Positions 37,032 through 46,462 of a stretch of 64,000 bases of DNA are shown here, piece after piece. Within the stretch, counting starts at the first letter, position 1, and every line of letters starts with the position of its first letter. A program made the translations under genes and the position numbers. The notes beneath the pieces were generated by a model. The model did no database searches. It was not told where the DNA came from and worked only from the letters and a program-made list of their open reading frames with translations. This DNA is from an uncultured Deinococcaceae bacterium (GTDB taxonomy: Bacteria; Deinococcota; Deinococci; Deinococcales; Deinococcaceae): NCBI GenBank assembly GCA_964252075.1, contig CAXULY010000018.1:33740-97739 (forward strand), written 5' to 3'.

Positions 37032-38501
37032 TTGAGCGCCTTCCTCTTCACCGCCGGGGGCGTTCGCGCCCTCGACGCTGAACTGGAGCGCCTGGGCCTC
37101 CTGGCGACCAGCATGGAGCTGGTCGGGCGGGGCGTGGCGGCCGCGCTGCACCGCCACTTTCCCTCGGGGCGGGTGCTGGTCCTCGCGGGCGGCGGCGCGA
37201 ACGGCGGGGACGCCCTCGTCGCGGCGCGGCACCTCAGCGCGTGGGGGCGGGACGTCGCGGTGCTCGCCCTGCCGTCCACCCACCCGCTCACGCGGCAGGT
37301 GCGCGCGCAACTGGAGGCCCTGAGCGCCTGGGCCGCCGTGCCCCTGAATGAACCCACGCGTGAGACCCTGGACGGCGCACTGCGCGACGCGGACGTGGTG
37401 CTGGACGGCCTGACCGGCACGGGTCTGCGCCCACCGCTGCGCGCTCCGCTGAGCGACATGGTGGAGGCCGTGAACGCCAGCGGCCTGCCCGTGGTGTCCA
37501 TTGACCTGCCCAGCGGCCTGGACGCTGACACCGCCGAGGCGCCCGAGGTGTCCATCCGCGCGCGCCTCACGTGCGCGCCCAGCGGCACCAAGACGGCGCT
37601 GCTGTTCGGCCCCGCGAGCGCGCGGGCGGGCGACGTGGAAGTGGTCCCCCTGGACGTGCCGGAGGCGCTGCTCGCGGCGTACGCGCACGCGCGCTTCTTC
37701 AGTGCGCTGGACGCCGCCCGCGCGCTCCCAGTGCGCGAGCGCGGCGACCACAAGGGCACCGCGGGCCGCGTGTGGATTGTCGGCGGGCACCCCGGCACGG
37801 CGGGCGCGCCCGCCCTCAGCGGCCTCGGCGCCCTGAAGTCCGGCGCGGGCCTCGTCACGGTGTACAGCGAGGCGGACGTGCCCCTCGTGCTGCCGGAACT
37901 GATGTCGCACCGCCTGCCGGACCTCAGCGCCCTCGCGCAGGAGCACGCCCGCCCGGACGCCCTGGCGCTCGGCATGGGCCTCGGACCGAAAGCCGCGGAC
38001 CTCGCGCGCATGGCGCTCAGCTGGGCGCTCCCCACCGTGCTGGACGCCGACGCCCTCCAGCCGGAACTCGCGGGCGCCGGGCACGACGCGGTCGTGTGGA
38101 CGCCGCACCCCGGTGAGGCCGCGCGCCTGCTGCACCAGCGCACGCCGGACATCACGCGCGACCCCATCGCGGCGGCGCGCGCCCTGCAGACGCGGTACGG
38201 CGGCACGGTGGTGCTCAAGGGCGGCCCGAGCGTGGTGGCCGCCGCGGACGGCGTGACCATCGCGGTGGGCGGCAACCCCGGCATGGGCACGGCGGGCATG
38301 GGGGACCTGCTGTCCGGCGTGATCGCGTCCCTGATGGGCCAGGGCCTCCCCGCTCCGCTCGCGGCCCGCGCGGGCGTGAACCTGCACGCCCACGCGGGTG
38401 ACCTCGCCGCCCAGCGGCACGGCTACGGCCTCACGGCAAGCGACGTGCTGGCCGATCTGGGCGCCGCGTGGCTCAGCCTGCGCGCTGAACTGCATCGCTG
38501 A
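37032..38501 (+). CDS. nnr: Bifunctional NAD(P)H-hydrate epimerase/dehydratase (YjeF)
   Basis: GGGANGGD, DGLTGTG, IDLPSG, HKGTAG, LDADAL, TPHPGE, GTAGMGDLLSG. Confidence 0.93.
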   Translation: MSAFLFTAGGVRALDAELERLGLLATSMELVGRGVAAALHRHFPSGRVLVLAGGGANGGDALVAARHLSAWGRDVAVLALPSTHPLTRQVRAQLEALSAWAAVPLNEPTRETLDGALRDADVVLDGLTGTGLRPPLRAPLSDMVEAVNASGLPVVSIDLPSGLDADTAEAPEVSIRARLTCAPSGTKTALLFGPASARAGDVEVVPLDVPEALLAAYAHARFFSALDAARALPVRERGDHKGTAGRVWIVGGHPGTAGAPALSGLGALKSGAGLVTVYSEADVPLVLPELMSHRLPDLSALAQEHARPDALALGMGLGPKAADLARMALSWALPTVLDADALQPELAGAGHDAVVWTPHPGEAARLLHQRTPDITRDPIAAARALQTRYGGTVVLKGGPSVVAAADGVTIAVGGNPGMGTAGMGDLLSGVIASLMGQGLPAPLAARAGVNLHAHAGDLAAQRHGYGLTASDVLADLGAAWLSLRAELHR

Positions 38502-38514
38502 CCGGCACAGAGAA

Positions 38515-38544
38515 GGGAGGGCAGGGGTCGCCCCTGCCCTCCCT
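38515..38544. terminator. Hairpin between convergent genes
   Basis: GGGAGGGCAGGGG-tcg-CCCCTGCCCTCCC. Confidence 0.7.
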
Positions 38545-38557
38545 GGTGGCCGTGACG

Positions 38558-40207
38558 TTACGGCCAGAGGCGGACAATCTGGTCGCCTACCGCGACGATC
38601 TTGCCGTCCGCCTGCACCAGCACACGTTGCACCGCCCCGAAGTCCTTCAGGACGACCTGCCCGCCCGTCCCGAACGTGGTGTCGAAGCTCAGGTCGTGGT
38701 TCAGGCGGACCACCACCCCGTCGTACGGCCCGCTGTCCGCCGCGTTGTACCCCGCCACCAGAATCTTGCCGTCCGCCTGCCGCGCCAGGTGCGTGGTGCC
38801 GTTCGGGCCCTCTTCAAAACCCATGAAGAAGTTCCCGGTGTCCCCACCGGGAATGCGGTCCACGAATACCCCGACATAGGCGGTGGCGCGGCCGTCTCCA
38901 GCCCGGACGATGTCCCCGTTGGGTTCCACCATCAGGGAGGACGGCCCGCCCGTGGCGTCACCCAGGAACAGGACCCCCTGACCTCCTAGGCTGGAATCCA
39001 GGGTCCCGTTCGCCTTGTAGCGCGCGATGACACCCGCGACCCGATCCCCGAACGAGTTGGTGTAGCGCCCGATCACGACGATGGTGCCGTTCGGGCCGAA
39101 CTGGGCGTGCTCCGCCACCTCGTAACTGGTGAGCGGCTGATCGGGGTACGGGTTGCCCGTGAATGGTGCGAAATCGGTGTACACCACGCCGCCTGTCCCG
39201 AAGGTCGTATCCAGGCTGCCGTTTGGGTTGTACCGCGCGAGCGCGAAATCGCTGTTGTTGCTCGCGCCGTGCGCGCCGCCGACCACGAGGATCTTGCCGT
39301 CAGGCTGGAGCTGGGCCTCGGCGGCGCCCGACTCGTACTGGTCTGACGGACCGAAGTCGGTGGTGACGCGGCCGTTGGTGCCGAAGGAGGTGTCTGGGCT
39401 GCCGTCTGGGTTGTACCGGCGCAGCTCGAACTTCCCGCCGTCGAGGTTCGTGACCTTCACGAGCTTCCCGTCCGGTTGCAGCACCGAGATGCCGCCCGTG
39501 AGGACGCTGTTGTCCGGCGCGAGGAGGGCCGTGGGGAAGGTGGGGTCAAGGTTCGCGGGCAGGGTGCCCCAGCTGCCGTCCACGCTGCCCGGCTTGGGCA
39601 GCGTGGTGGCGCAGGTGATCTTGGGGTCCGCCCAGTCCGCGTGGTCGTAACTGAGGCCGTTCCCAGCGTCCGTGACGACGAGGCGCAGTTCCTGCCGACC
39701 CGCGACGCGCACGTTCACGCGTTTGGTGGCGCTGCTGCCGGTCATCACGCCGCTGTCGTAGAGCTTGACGTTGTCCGCGAACACCTGGAAGGTCACGCTG
39801 CCGCGATTGCCCACCTCGTCGTCCACGCCGATGTCGCTGGTGAAGTTGTTGCACTTCGCGCCGCCACTGCCGGTGAGGTTGAAGCGCAGTTCGCTGCTGG
39901 CGTGCACGCCGTAGCCCTGGGTGTAGGTCTTGCCGTTCAGGGTGATGGCGTGGCCATCCCCGGCCTGCTGTTCGCCGTTGCTGGTGTTCTTCTCGATGGG
40001 CCCCCAGCCGCTGCGGGCGTAGGTGGGCGTCTCGAACTGCAGGGTGTTCACTCCGGGGTCGAGGGAGAGCGTCTGGAGGGTGGTCTGACTGGCTTCCCAG
40101 GGGTAGCTCTGGCCGCCCGCGTAGGGGTCGGCGGGCGTGGGGGACTGGCTGCAGGCGGACAGGGCGAGGCCGAGGCTGATCACGGCACCAGCAAGCAGGA
40201 AACGCAT
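38558..40207 (-). CDS. Lipoprotein with NPCBM/NEW2 domain and delta-60-type beta-propeller repeats
   Basis: Lipobox LSAC; GWGPIEKNTSNGE...GYGVHA...IGVDDE...DHADWAD; repeated QPDGKILV / RYNPDGSLDTTFG. Confidence 0.88.
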   Translation of the reverse strand: MRFLLAGAVISLGLALSACSQSPTPADPYAGGQSYPWEASQTTLQTLSLDPGVNTLQFETPTYARSGWGPIEKNTSNGEQQAGDGHAITLNGKTYTQGYGVHASSELRFNLTGSGGAKCNNFTSDIGVDDEVGNRGSVTFQVFADNVKLYDSGVMTGSSATKRVNVRVAGRQELRLVVTDAGNGLSYDHADWADPKITCATTLPKPGSVDGSWGTLPANLDPTFPTALLAPDNSVLTGGISVLQPDGKLVKVTNLDGGKFELRRYNPDGSPDTSFGTNGRVTTDFGPSDQYESGAAEAQLQPDGKILVVGGAHGASNNSDFALARYNPNGSLDTTFGTGGVVYTDFAPFTGNPYPDQPLTSYEVAEHAQFGPNGTIVVIGRYTNSFGDRVAGVIARYKANGTLDSSLGGQGVLFLGDATGGPSSLMVEPNGDIVRAGDGRATAYVGVFVDRIPGGDTGNFFMGFEEGPNGTTHLARQADGKILVAGYNAADSGPYDGVVVRLNHDLSFDTTFGTGGQVVLKDFGAVQRVLVQADGKIVAVGDQIVRLWP

Positions 40208-40273
40208 GAACCCTCCGATGGTGTGGAGTGGCTGAGTGGGTGTGAACCGGGCGGACTTCACCATGCTAAGGAA

Positions 40274-40289
40274 TGTGAGGTTCTTAACA
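40274..40289. promoter_or_regulatory. CRP/DdrI-like binding site upstream of the NPCBM lipoprotein gene
   Basis: TGTGA-ggttct-TAACA, one mismatch to TGTGA-N6-TCACA, in an AT-rich promoter region. Confidence 0.45.
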
Positions 40290-40577
40290 GATGTGTCCGC
40301 TGTTCGGGTTCCTTCATTTCTTAAATTGCCTCTTGCTGTGACACAAATTGTCTCCGCCTTCCAGCGTGCTGCACAACGTGCAGCAAGAACACATTTAATC
40401 TTCATGAAAAGGACCAAGGTGAAGTCTGTGCGTTAGAGCCGATGCACCCTCACCCTACAGCCCTGGAAACGCCTGTCAGGAACTGCCGGTCCCGCGCCGA
40501 CCATCCCTCAAAACCGCACCAGCGGACCGCGAAATTGCTTCTGGAGCGGCGTAATGGCTGTGCTACGCTGAGCCGAC

Positions 40578-41282
40578 ATGCAAGGCGTGCTTCCCGATAT
40601 CCCCCTGATTGGCGTGCTGGAGCTGCTGCACTTCAGCCGCAAGACGGGCGTGCTCAACGTCGATGCCGAGGTGCCGTTCACCCTGGCCTTCATGGGCGGC
40701 GAGATCGTGGAGGGCGGCATTCTGGACTGGCTGGGCCTGGACGCGGTGTACTGCTCGCCGCTCGTGCCGGAGTCCGGCAGCTTCCGCTTCGAGACGCGGG
40801 ACGTGACGGGCCTGCCGCTCTCGGGCTTCAATTACCTGTCGGCGGACTGGGCGCGGTACAGCGACGAGTGGGAGCGCCTGTGCTCCGTGATCGGGAGCCC
40901 CAGCCGCGTGCTGGAGGGCAGCGTGCCGTCTTTCGAGGAGGGCCGCTCGATCCGCTCGGTGGCGCGCACCAGCAACCTGCCCCTGTTCGACGTGGCCGAG
41001 ACCGCCGCGGAAGGCGTGCGGTCCGGGAAGTTGCGGCTGGTCGAGCGCTTCGCGTGGTACGGCCTGAAGTTGCGTCGCCCCGCCGCGCGCACGCCGCTGG
41101 AGCGGCAGCTGGACGGCGAGCGCAACTTCGGTGACCTGATCGAGCAGGGCTTCTCCGCGCAGGAGTTGCGCGAGTACCTGCTGCGCGAACTGCAGGGCGG
41201 CCTGCGCTTCCCGGGCAGCGGCTGGGTGCTGCGGGACCTCGTGTGGGAACACAAGTACATTCAGGCGCGCGACCCGCAGTAA
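40578..41282 (+). CDS. DUF4388 (PATAN-like) domain protein
   Basis: MQG.L.D..L..VLELLHFSRKTGVL...F.GGEIV; TACGCT upstream. Confidence 0.8.
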   Translation: MQGVLPDIPLIGVLELLHFSRKTGVLNVDAEVPFTLAFMGGEIVEGGILDWLGLDAVYCSPLVPESGSFRFETRDVTGLPLSGFNYLSADWARYSDEWERLCSVIGSPSRVLEGSVPSFEEGRSIRSVARTSNLPLFDVAETAAEGVRSGKLRLVERFAWYGLKLRRPAARTPLERQLDGERNFGDLIEQGFSAQELREYLLRELQGGLRFPGSGWVLRDLVWEHKYIQARDPQ

Positions 41283-41286
41283 CGCC

Positions 41287-41880
41287 TCAGTGGGATGAGT
41301 GGAGGCGCGCCTGGGCACGCGCGTGGTCCTCGGGCGTGTCGAGGTCGAGGAGGTCCTCGGGGGGCTGCGCGACGCGCGCGGCGCCCGGCGCGAGCACCGT
41401 CGGGATGGGCCTGGGGACGGCGTCCCGGATCGCCTGAGTCACGGCCGCGCGCCGCGCGGCCGGGATGAGGTGGGGCGGCGCGATCACGTCCCCGAACACC
41501 GAGAGGACCGCCCGTCCGTCCGCCGCGGCGCGCAGCACGCGCGCGTGGTGGGGGGCGCCGACGAAGGGCATGTCCGCGAGCGCCATCAGGACGCTCACGT
41601 CGGGTGGCAGGGTGTCCAGGGCGCGCAGCAGTGAGGTGGGCACCTCGCTGCTGGCGTAGTCGGGGTTCTGCACGAAGCGCAGCGGCAGGCCCGCGAGGGC
41701 GGCCCGCACGCCGTCGGGGTCGCGGCCCAGCACCACCAGCGCGTCCTGCACGCCCGCGTCCAGCAGGGCGCGCGCGGCGCGCCGCACGAGGGGCTCGCCG
41801 CCGAAGTCCAGCAGGAGCTTGTGGGTGCCCATGCGCCGGGATGCGCCCGCCGCGAGCAGCACCGCCGTGGCCTGGGTCAT
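41287..41880 (-). CDS. MobA/MocA-like nucleotidyltransferase
   Basis: LLAAGASRRMGTHKLLL, NPDY, LADMPFV, DLDTPED; TACCCT -10 box 6 nt upstream. Confidence 0.88.
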   Translation of the reverse strand: MTQATAVLLAAGASRRMGTHKLLLDFGGEPLVRRAARALLDAGVQDALVVLGRDPDGVRAALAGLPLRFVQNPDYASSEVPTSLLRALDTLPPDVSVLMALADMPFVGAPHHARVLRAAADGRAVLSVFGDVIAPPHLIPAARRAAVTQAIRDAVPRPIPTVLAPGAARVAQPPEDLLDLDTPEDHARAQARLHSSH

Positions 41881-41916
41881 GCCCTCAGGGTAGGGCAAGG
41901 TGGGCGGCAACAGGAA

Positions 41917-41944
41917 GGGAGGGAAGGCGGTGGCCTTCCCTCCC
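41917..41944 (-). terminator. Terminator hairpin after rplY
   Basis: GGGAGGGAAGGC...GCCTTCCCTCCC. Confidence 0.65.
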
Positions 41945-41960
41945 CTGCCCGCAGGCGGCG

Positions 41961-42665
41961 TTACTCGTTCAGTTCGCCGTGGGTCTGGTTGGCTTCGGCG
42001 GCGTCGGGGCCCTTGACGTCCTCGAGGGTGGCGTCGCCACTGCTGACGGCGTCCGCCTGCTCCTCGGTGAGGTCGCCGGAGGCCACCAGGCCCGCGAGCT
42101 GCGCGCTCTGCTGCTGCGCTTCCAGCTCCTCCTCGCTGAGGCGGGGCGGCAGCACCGTGATGACCAGCGTGTCCTCGGGCACCGCGAGCGTGCAGCCCTG
42201 CGGCAGCTTGATCTGGCCGGCGGTGATGTGCTCGCCGATGCCGAGCGCCGTCACGTCCACCTCGATGGCTTCGGGGATGCGGCGGGGGCCGGGCGCCACG
42301 ATGTTCAGGTTGTGCACGACGATGTCCAGCATGCCGCCGGACACGACGCCCGCGGCCTTGCCGGTGGGGTGCACGGGCACGGGCGCCTCGATGGGCTGGC
42401 CGTACGTGACGAGGATGAAGTCGGCGTGGATGGGCGCGCGGCGGCGCTTGTCCATCTGGACGGTCTTGACGAGCGCGGGCACCGTCTCGCCACCCTCGAG
42501 TTCAATCTCGATGAGGCCGTGGGTGCTCTGCTGGCGGAACACGCGGTCAAAGGCCTTGGCCTCCACGGCGAAGCTCAGGTTCCGCTCCTTGTTGTACGCC
42601 ACGGCCGGGATGTAACCTTCGGCGACCTTCTGCTTGCCTTCACGCGATACGGCTTTCAGTTGCAT
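41961..42665 (-). CDS. rplY: 50S ribosomal protein L25 / CTC
   Basis: GYIPAVAY, VQMD...PIHADF, IPEAIEVDVTAL; acidic C-terminal extension; GGAGG RBS. Confidence 0.95.
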   Translation of the reverse strand: MQLKAVSREGKQKVAEGYIPAVAYNKERNLSFAVEAKAFDRVFRQQSTHGLIEIELEGGETVPALVKTVQMDKRRRAPIHADFILVTYGQPIEAPVPVHPTGKAAGVVSGGMLDIVVHNLNIVAPGPRRIPEAIEVDVTALGIGEHITAGQIKLPQGCTLAVPEDTLVITVLPPRLSEEELEAQQQSAQLAGLVASGDLTEEQADAVSSGDATLEDVKGPDAAEANQTHGELNE

Positions 42666-42794
42666 GTTTTCGTTTCCTCCACGTCACTTTTCCGCGCGGG
42701 CACCCCGCTCCATGGGCGAGCGCCGACGCGCAACCCTGACAGTGTAGCAAATGCCCGCCCATGAAGGAGCGGCCCGCGCGTTAGACTTCCCGGC

Positions 42795-43103
42795 GTGAGT
42801 GACCGCCCTGCACTGCCCGCCCGCGTCCGCCTCTCGCGCCTGCCCGGGCCGCCCGGCATGGCCCTCCTCACGCAGCTGGAGCGCCTCGCGCGGCAGGACG
42901 GCGGGCAGAACTTCGGTTCGCGCCTCGCCGCGCTCGGCGCGGACCGCGACTGCTGGGTGGCGGTGGCGGGCGGGCACCCGGTGGCGCTGCTGCTCGTGGA
43001 GCGCGACGGCCAGGCGGAGATCCGCACCATGGCGGTGGACCCCGCGTGGCGCGGGCGCGGCCTGGAGGAAGCGCTGATCCACGCGGCCAGCGAGGCGCCG
43101 TGA
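42795..43103 (+). CDS. Short GNAT-like acetyltransferase
   Basis: EIRTMAVDPAWRGRGL motif A; TAGACT -10 box 7 nt upstream. Confidence 0.65.
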   Translation: MSDRPALPARVRLSRLPGPPGMALLTQLERLARQDGGQNFGSRLAALGADRDCWVAVAGGHPVALLLVERDGQAEIRTMAVDPAWRGRGLEEALIHAASEAP

Positions 43104-43113
43104 GGGCGCCCGC

Positions 43114-44475
43114 GTGAAGGCCGAACTGCCGGTAGGCGCGCCGACGGGGGTGTTCACGCCCGAGCGCCGCGCGCTCACGGTGGGCATCGTGCTGGGCGTG
43201 CTGCTCATCGCGTTCGAGAGCATGGCGGTCGCGACCATCCTGCCGCAGGTGGAGCGCGCCCTGAACGGGCGGGCGCTGTACGGCTGGGCCTTCAGCGCCT
43301 TCTTCATGGGGTACCTGCTCTCCACGCTGGTGCTGGGGCAGATCGCGGACCGCAGCGGCGCCCTGCGGCCCTTCACGCTCGCGCTGGCGCTCTTCGCGGG
43401 GGGCCTGCTGCTGGCGGGCCTGGCGCCCAGCATGCCGGTGTTCATCGCGGGGCGCGCCCTGCAGGGCCTGGGGGGCGGCGGGCTCATCGCGGTGGCGTAC
43501 CTCGTCATCAACCGCGTGTACCCGGACGCGCTGCGCGCCCGCATGCTGGCGCTGCTCTCCAGCGCATGGGTGCTGCCTGGCCTGCTGGGGCCGGGCGCGG
43601 CGGCGCTGCTCGCCGCGCGTTTCTCGTGGCACGTGGTGTTCCTGGGGTTGCTGCCACTCGCGGCGCTGGTGGCGCTGCTCACGCTGCCCGCCCTGCGGCC
43701 TGTGCGGGGCGCGGGCACGCCGCTGGACCTGCGCCGCATCCGGCTGGCGGTGCTGGCGGCGCTGGGCGTCACGCTGGCCCTCGCGGCGCTGCAGCAGCGC
43801 ACGCTGTGGCTGGGCCTCGCGCTGGGCGCGGTGGGCGTGCTGATTGCGGGCCCGGCGCTCGCGGGGCTCTTCCCGCCGCCGGGCGCCCTGCGACGCGAGC
43901 CGCTCGCGGCGGGGTACCTCACGCGCTTCTGCCTGACCCTGAGTTTCTTCGGGGCGGAGGCCTTCGTGCCGCTCACCCTGACCGACCTGCGCGACGTGAG
44001 CAGCCTGCAGGCGGGCGCGAACCTCACGGCGAGCGCCCTCACGTGGTCCGTGACGAGCATCCTGCACTCGCGCTTCGACGAGCGCACCCAGGGCCGCTAC
44101 CGGCACGTCGTGGCCGGGGTGGGCGCCCTGTTCGTGGTGGCGTCGCTGGCCCTCACGGCGCTGGTGCTGCTCACGCCCGCGCTGCCCACGTGGCTGTCCG
44201 CGCCCACCTGGGCGCTCGGTGGCCTCGGGATGGGCCTCGCCTTCCAGAGCCACACACTGGTGGTGTTCAAGGCGGCGCCCGAGGGCCTGGAAGGTCAGGT
44301 GTCCGGCACCCTGCAGATGGCGGACGTGCTGGGCAGCGCGATCGGCGCGGGGGTGGGCGGCGCGCTCGTGGCGGCGCTGGGGTTGCGGCCCGGCGTGACG
44401 GGCCTCTTCGCGCTGAGCGTGACGGGCGCACTGCTGGGCGCGCTCGTCACGCGCGCCCTCAGGGCGCCGCGCTGA
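43114..44475 (+). CDS. MFS transporter
   Basis: AFESMAVAT.LP, LYGWAFSAF, GQIADRSG, GRALQGLGGG. Confidence 0.9.
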   Translation: MKAELPVGAPTGVFTPERRALTVGIVLGVLLIAFESMAVATILPQVERALNGRALYGWAFSAFFMGYLLSTLVLGQIADRSGALRPFTLALALFAGGLLLAGLAPSMPVFIAGRALQGLGGGGLIAVAYLVINRVYPDALRARMLALLSSAWVLPGLLGPGAAALLAARFSWHVVFLGLLPLAALVALLTLPALRPVRGAGTPLDLRRIRLAVLAALGVTLALAALQQRTLWLGLALGAVGVLIAGPALAGLFPPPGALRREPLAAGYLTRFCLTLSFFGAEAFVPLTLTDLRDVSSLQAGANLTASALTWSVTSILHSRFDERTQGRYRHVVAGVGALFVVASLALTALVLLTPALPTWLSAPTWALGGLGMGLAFQSHTLVVFKAAPEGLEGQVSGTLQMADVLGSAIGAGVGGALVAALGLRPGVTGLFALSVTGALLGALVTRALRAPR

Positions 44476-45082
44476 CGATCAGGTACGCGCGCGACACGCT
44501 GGTGTCCGGCGTGAGGGCCGACAGCACCGCCGCGCCCTCAATCACCCGCCCGAAGGCGAGCGCGCCGTCCGCGAGGGTGGCGCTCGGCCCGAGGGTGAAC
44601 AGCAGGCGCACGCCGTCCTCGTCGGGCTGCGCGACCAGCACGCCCGGCGCGTCCGGCGGGGTGGGGATGCGGGCGGCCTGCGCGGCAGCGGGCGGCAGGG
44701 CCAGCAGGCGGTTCAGGCGGGCGGTCCCGCGCGCCTCGACCGCGTCGAAGGTCGCGCCGTCCAGGCGGCGGTCCAGCACGGCGCCCGCCACGATGGCGGA
44801 CATGCGCGGCTGCTTCACGGTGTCAAGCTGCACGACCAGCCGCCCCACAGCCGTCTCCAGCACCAGCGCGGAGCGGCGCTCCGGCAGCAGCCCGGCCGGC
44901 TGACCACTCGGGACGGTGCGGTAATCCACGAACTGAAAGCCGCTCGGCAGGTAGTACGGCAGGGCCGTCCGCGCGGGCACGAGGGGCACGAAGCCGGGCG
45001 GCAGGGGCGCGCCGCCCTGCGCGAGGGCGGTGGGGACGCACGCGGTCAGCAGCGCGGTCAGCAGGATCAGGGGTCTGTGCAT
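44459..45082 (-). CDS. Secreted or lipoprotein with a degenerate cyclophilin-like domain
   Basis: Signal peptide with LTAC; LETAVGRLVVQL, LDGATFDAV, FTLGP...AFGRVIEG match the cyclophilin scaffold. Confidence 0.55.
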   Translation of the reverse strand: MHRPLILLTALLTACVPTALAQGGAPLPPGFVPLVPARTALPYYLPSGFQFVDYRTVPSGQPAGLLPERRSALVLETAVGRLVVQLDTVKQPRMSAIVAGAVLDRRLDGATFDAVEARGTARLNRLLALPPAAAQAARIPTPPDAPGVLVAQPDEDGVRLLFTLGPSATLADGALAFGRVIEGAAVLSALTPDTSVSRAYLIVSAAP

Positions 45083-45352
45083 CGCTGAACTCACCATGCC
45101 CACACCGAATGAGCCGAGCCCTGTGGCTTCCCTGAGCCGCGTGAGCGCCGGGCCAAAAGCCGTTGAACGCCGCATGAAGTTTTTCGCAGATTGCTCATGT
45201 GGGGTGACGGTAGGGTGTGCGCGTCACGAACCACAACCCACGTCATTCCCCGTGACCACCGCTTCGGTGCCGTCCTGACCGCGCCCGCCGCGCTGGCTGG
45301 CTCCCCCGTTCCCCGCTGCACGGTCCCCACCGTGCAGCCTCCGAGGTGTTTC

Positions 45353-46276
45353 ATGCGCCGATCCTTTGTCCTGCCGACCCTGGCCCTCGCCCTCCTCGCC
45401 GCCTGCAGCCAGCAGGTGCCGACCCCCGCGAGCGCCGACCAGGGCAGCGCCACCCAGGCGAGTCTGCCCGTGCTGGACTCGCTCACCACGCAGCAGGTGG
45501 GCGCCCAGGCGACCGAGCCGTACAACATCACCCTGCGCTTCGTGGGGAACCCCACGCAGACCTTCAAGGACGCCGCGAACGCCGCCGCGCGCCGCTGGGA
45601 GCGCGCCATCACCGCGGGCCTCCCGAACGTGAGCGGCAGCTTCTCGCCCTCGCAGCAGTGCGGGGCGTCCGCGCCGGACTTTTCCGGCAGCATCGACGAC
45701 ATCCTGATTGACGTGGGCGTCGCGAACATCGACGGCCCCGGTCAGATCCTCGCGGAGTCCGGGCCGTGCCTCGTGCGCAGCGGCAGCAACCTCACCATCT
45801 ACGGCTCGCTGATCTTCGACACGGCGGACCAGAGCGCGTTCAGCAGCCAGCTGTCCAGCATCCTGGTGCACGAGATGGGGCACTCGCTGGGCATCGGCAC
45901 CCTGTGGACCACCAAGGGCCTGCTCGTGAACGGCGGCACCAGCAACCCCACCTACAAGGGCGCGCGCGGCATCACGGAGTGGCGCACGCTGGGCGGCAGC
46001 GGCAACGTGCCCGTCGAGAACACCGGCGGTCCCGGCACGGCGGGCGGCCACTGGCGCGAGACAACCTTCAACAACGAACTCATGACGGGCTTCATCAACA
46101 GCGGCAGCAACCCGCTGAGCCGCCTGAGCATCGCGTCGCTCGGCGACCTCGGGTACACCGTGAATGTGGGCGCGGCGGACGCCTACAGCCTGCCGTCCGG
46201 CGCGCTCAGCCGCCAGGCGGACAGCAAGCTGGACACGGGCGAGCGCCTCCTGACGCCCAAGTACCAGAGCCGCTGA
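45353..46276 (+). CDS. Leishmanolysin-related (M8-like) zinc metalloprotease lipoprotein
   Basis: Lipobox LAAC; IDG.G.ILA.SGPC, HEMGHSLG, GGHWRE, NELMTG. Confidence 0.88.
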   Translation: MRRSFVLPTLALALLAACSQQVPTPASADQGSATQASLPVLDSLTTQQVGAQATEPYNITLRFVGNPTQTFKDAANAAARRWERAITAGLPNVSGSFSPSQQCGASAPDFSGSIDDILIDVGVANIDGPGQILAESGPCLVRSGSNLTIYGSLIFDTADQSAFSSQLSSILVHEMGHSLGIGTLWTTKGLLVNGGTSNPTYKGARGITEWRTLGGSGNVPVENTGGPGTAGGHWRETTFNNELMTGFINSGSNPLSRLSIASLGDLGYTVNVGAADAYSLPSGALSRQADSKLDTGERLLTPKYQSR

Positions 46277-46462
46277 CCGCGATGGACAGGGCGGGGACCG
46301 CACTGGCCCCCACCCTGTTTCTGAACGTGTAGAGGGCGGACGAACGGGTGAGGCCGCACGGAAGGAAGCCCGAAGCGCCCACCGCACCGCTCACTGGACG
46401 TTATTCAGAGTGCCGTGACACTGGCGCGGCCGATTCAGGGCCGCGCCTTCACGCTGTTTCCC

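Noticed and set aside
38558..39500. Repeated GACGGCAAG-type sequences as a CRISPR or DNA repeat array
   Set aside because: These are degenerate protein-level delta-60 repeats inside a CDS, with no constant repeat-spacer period.
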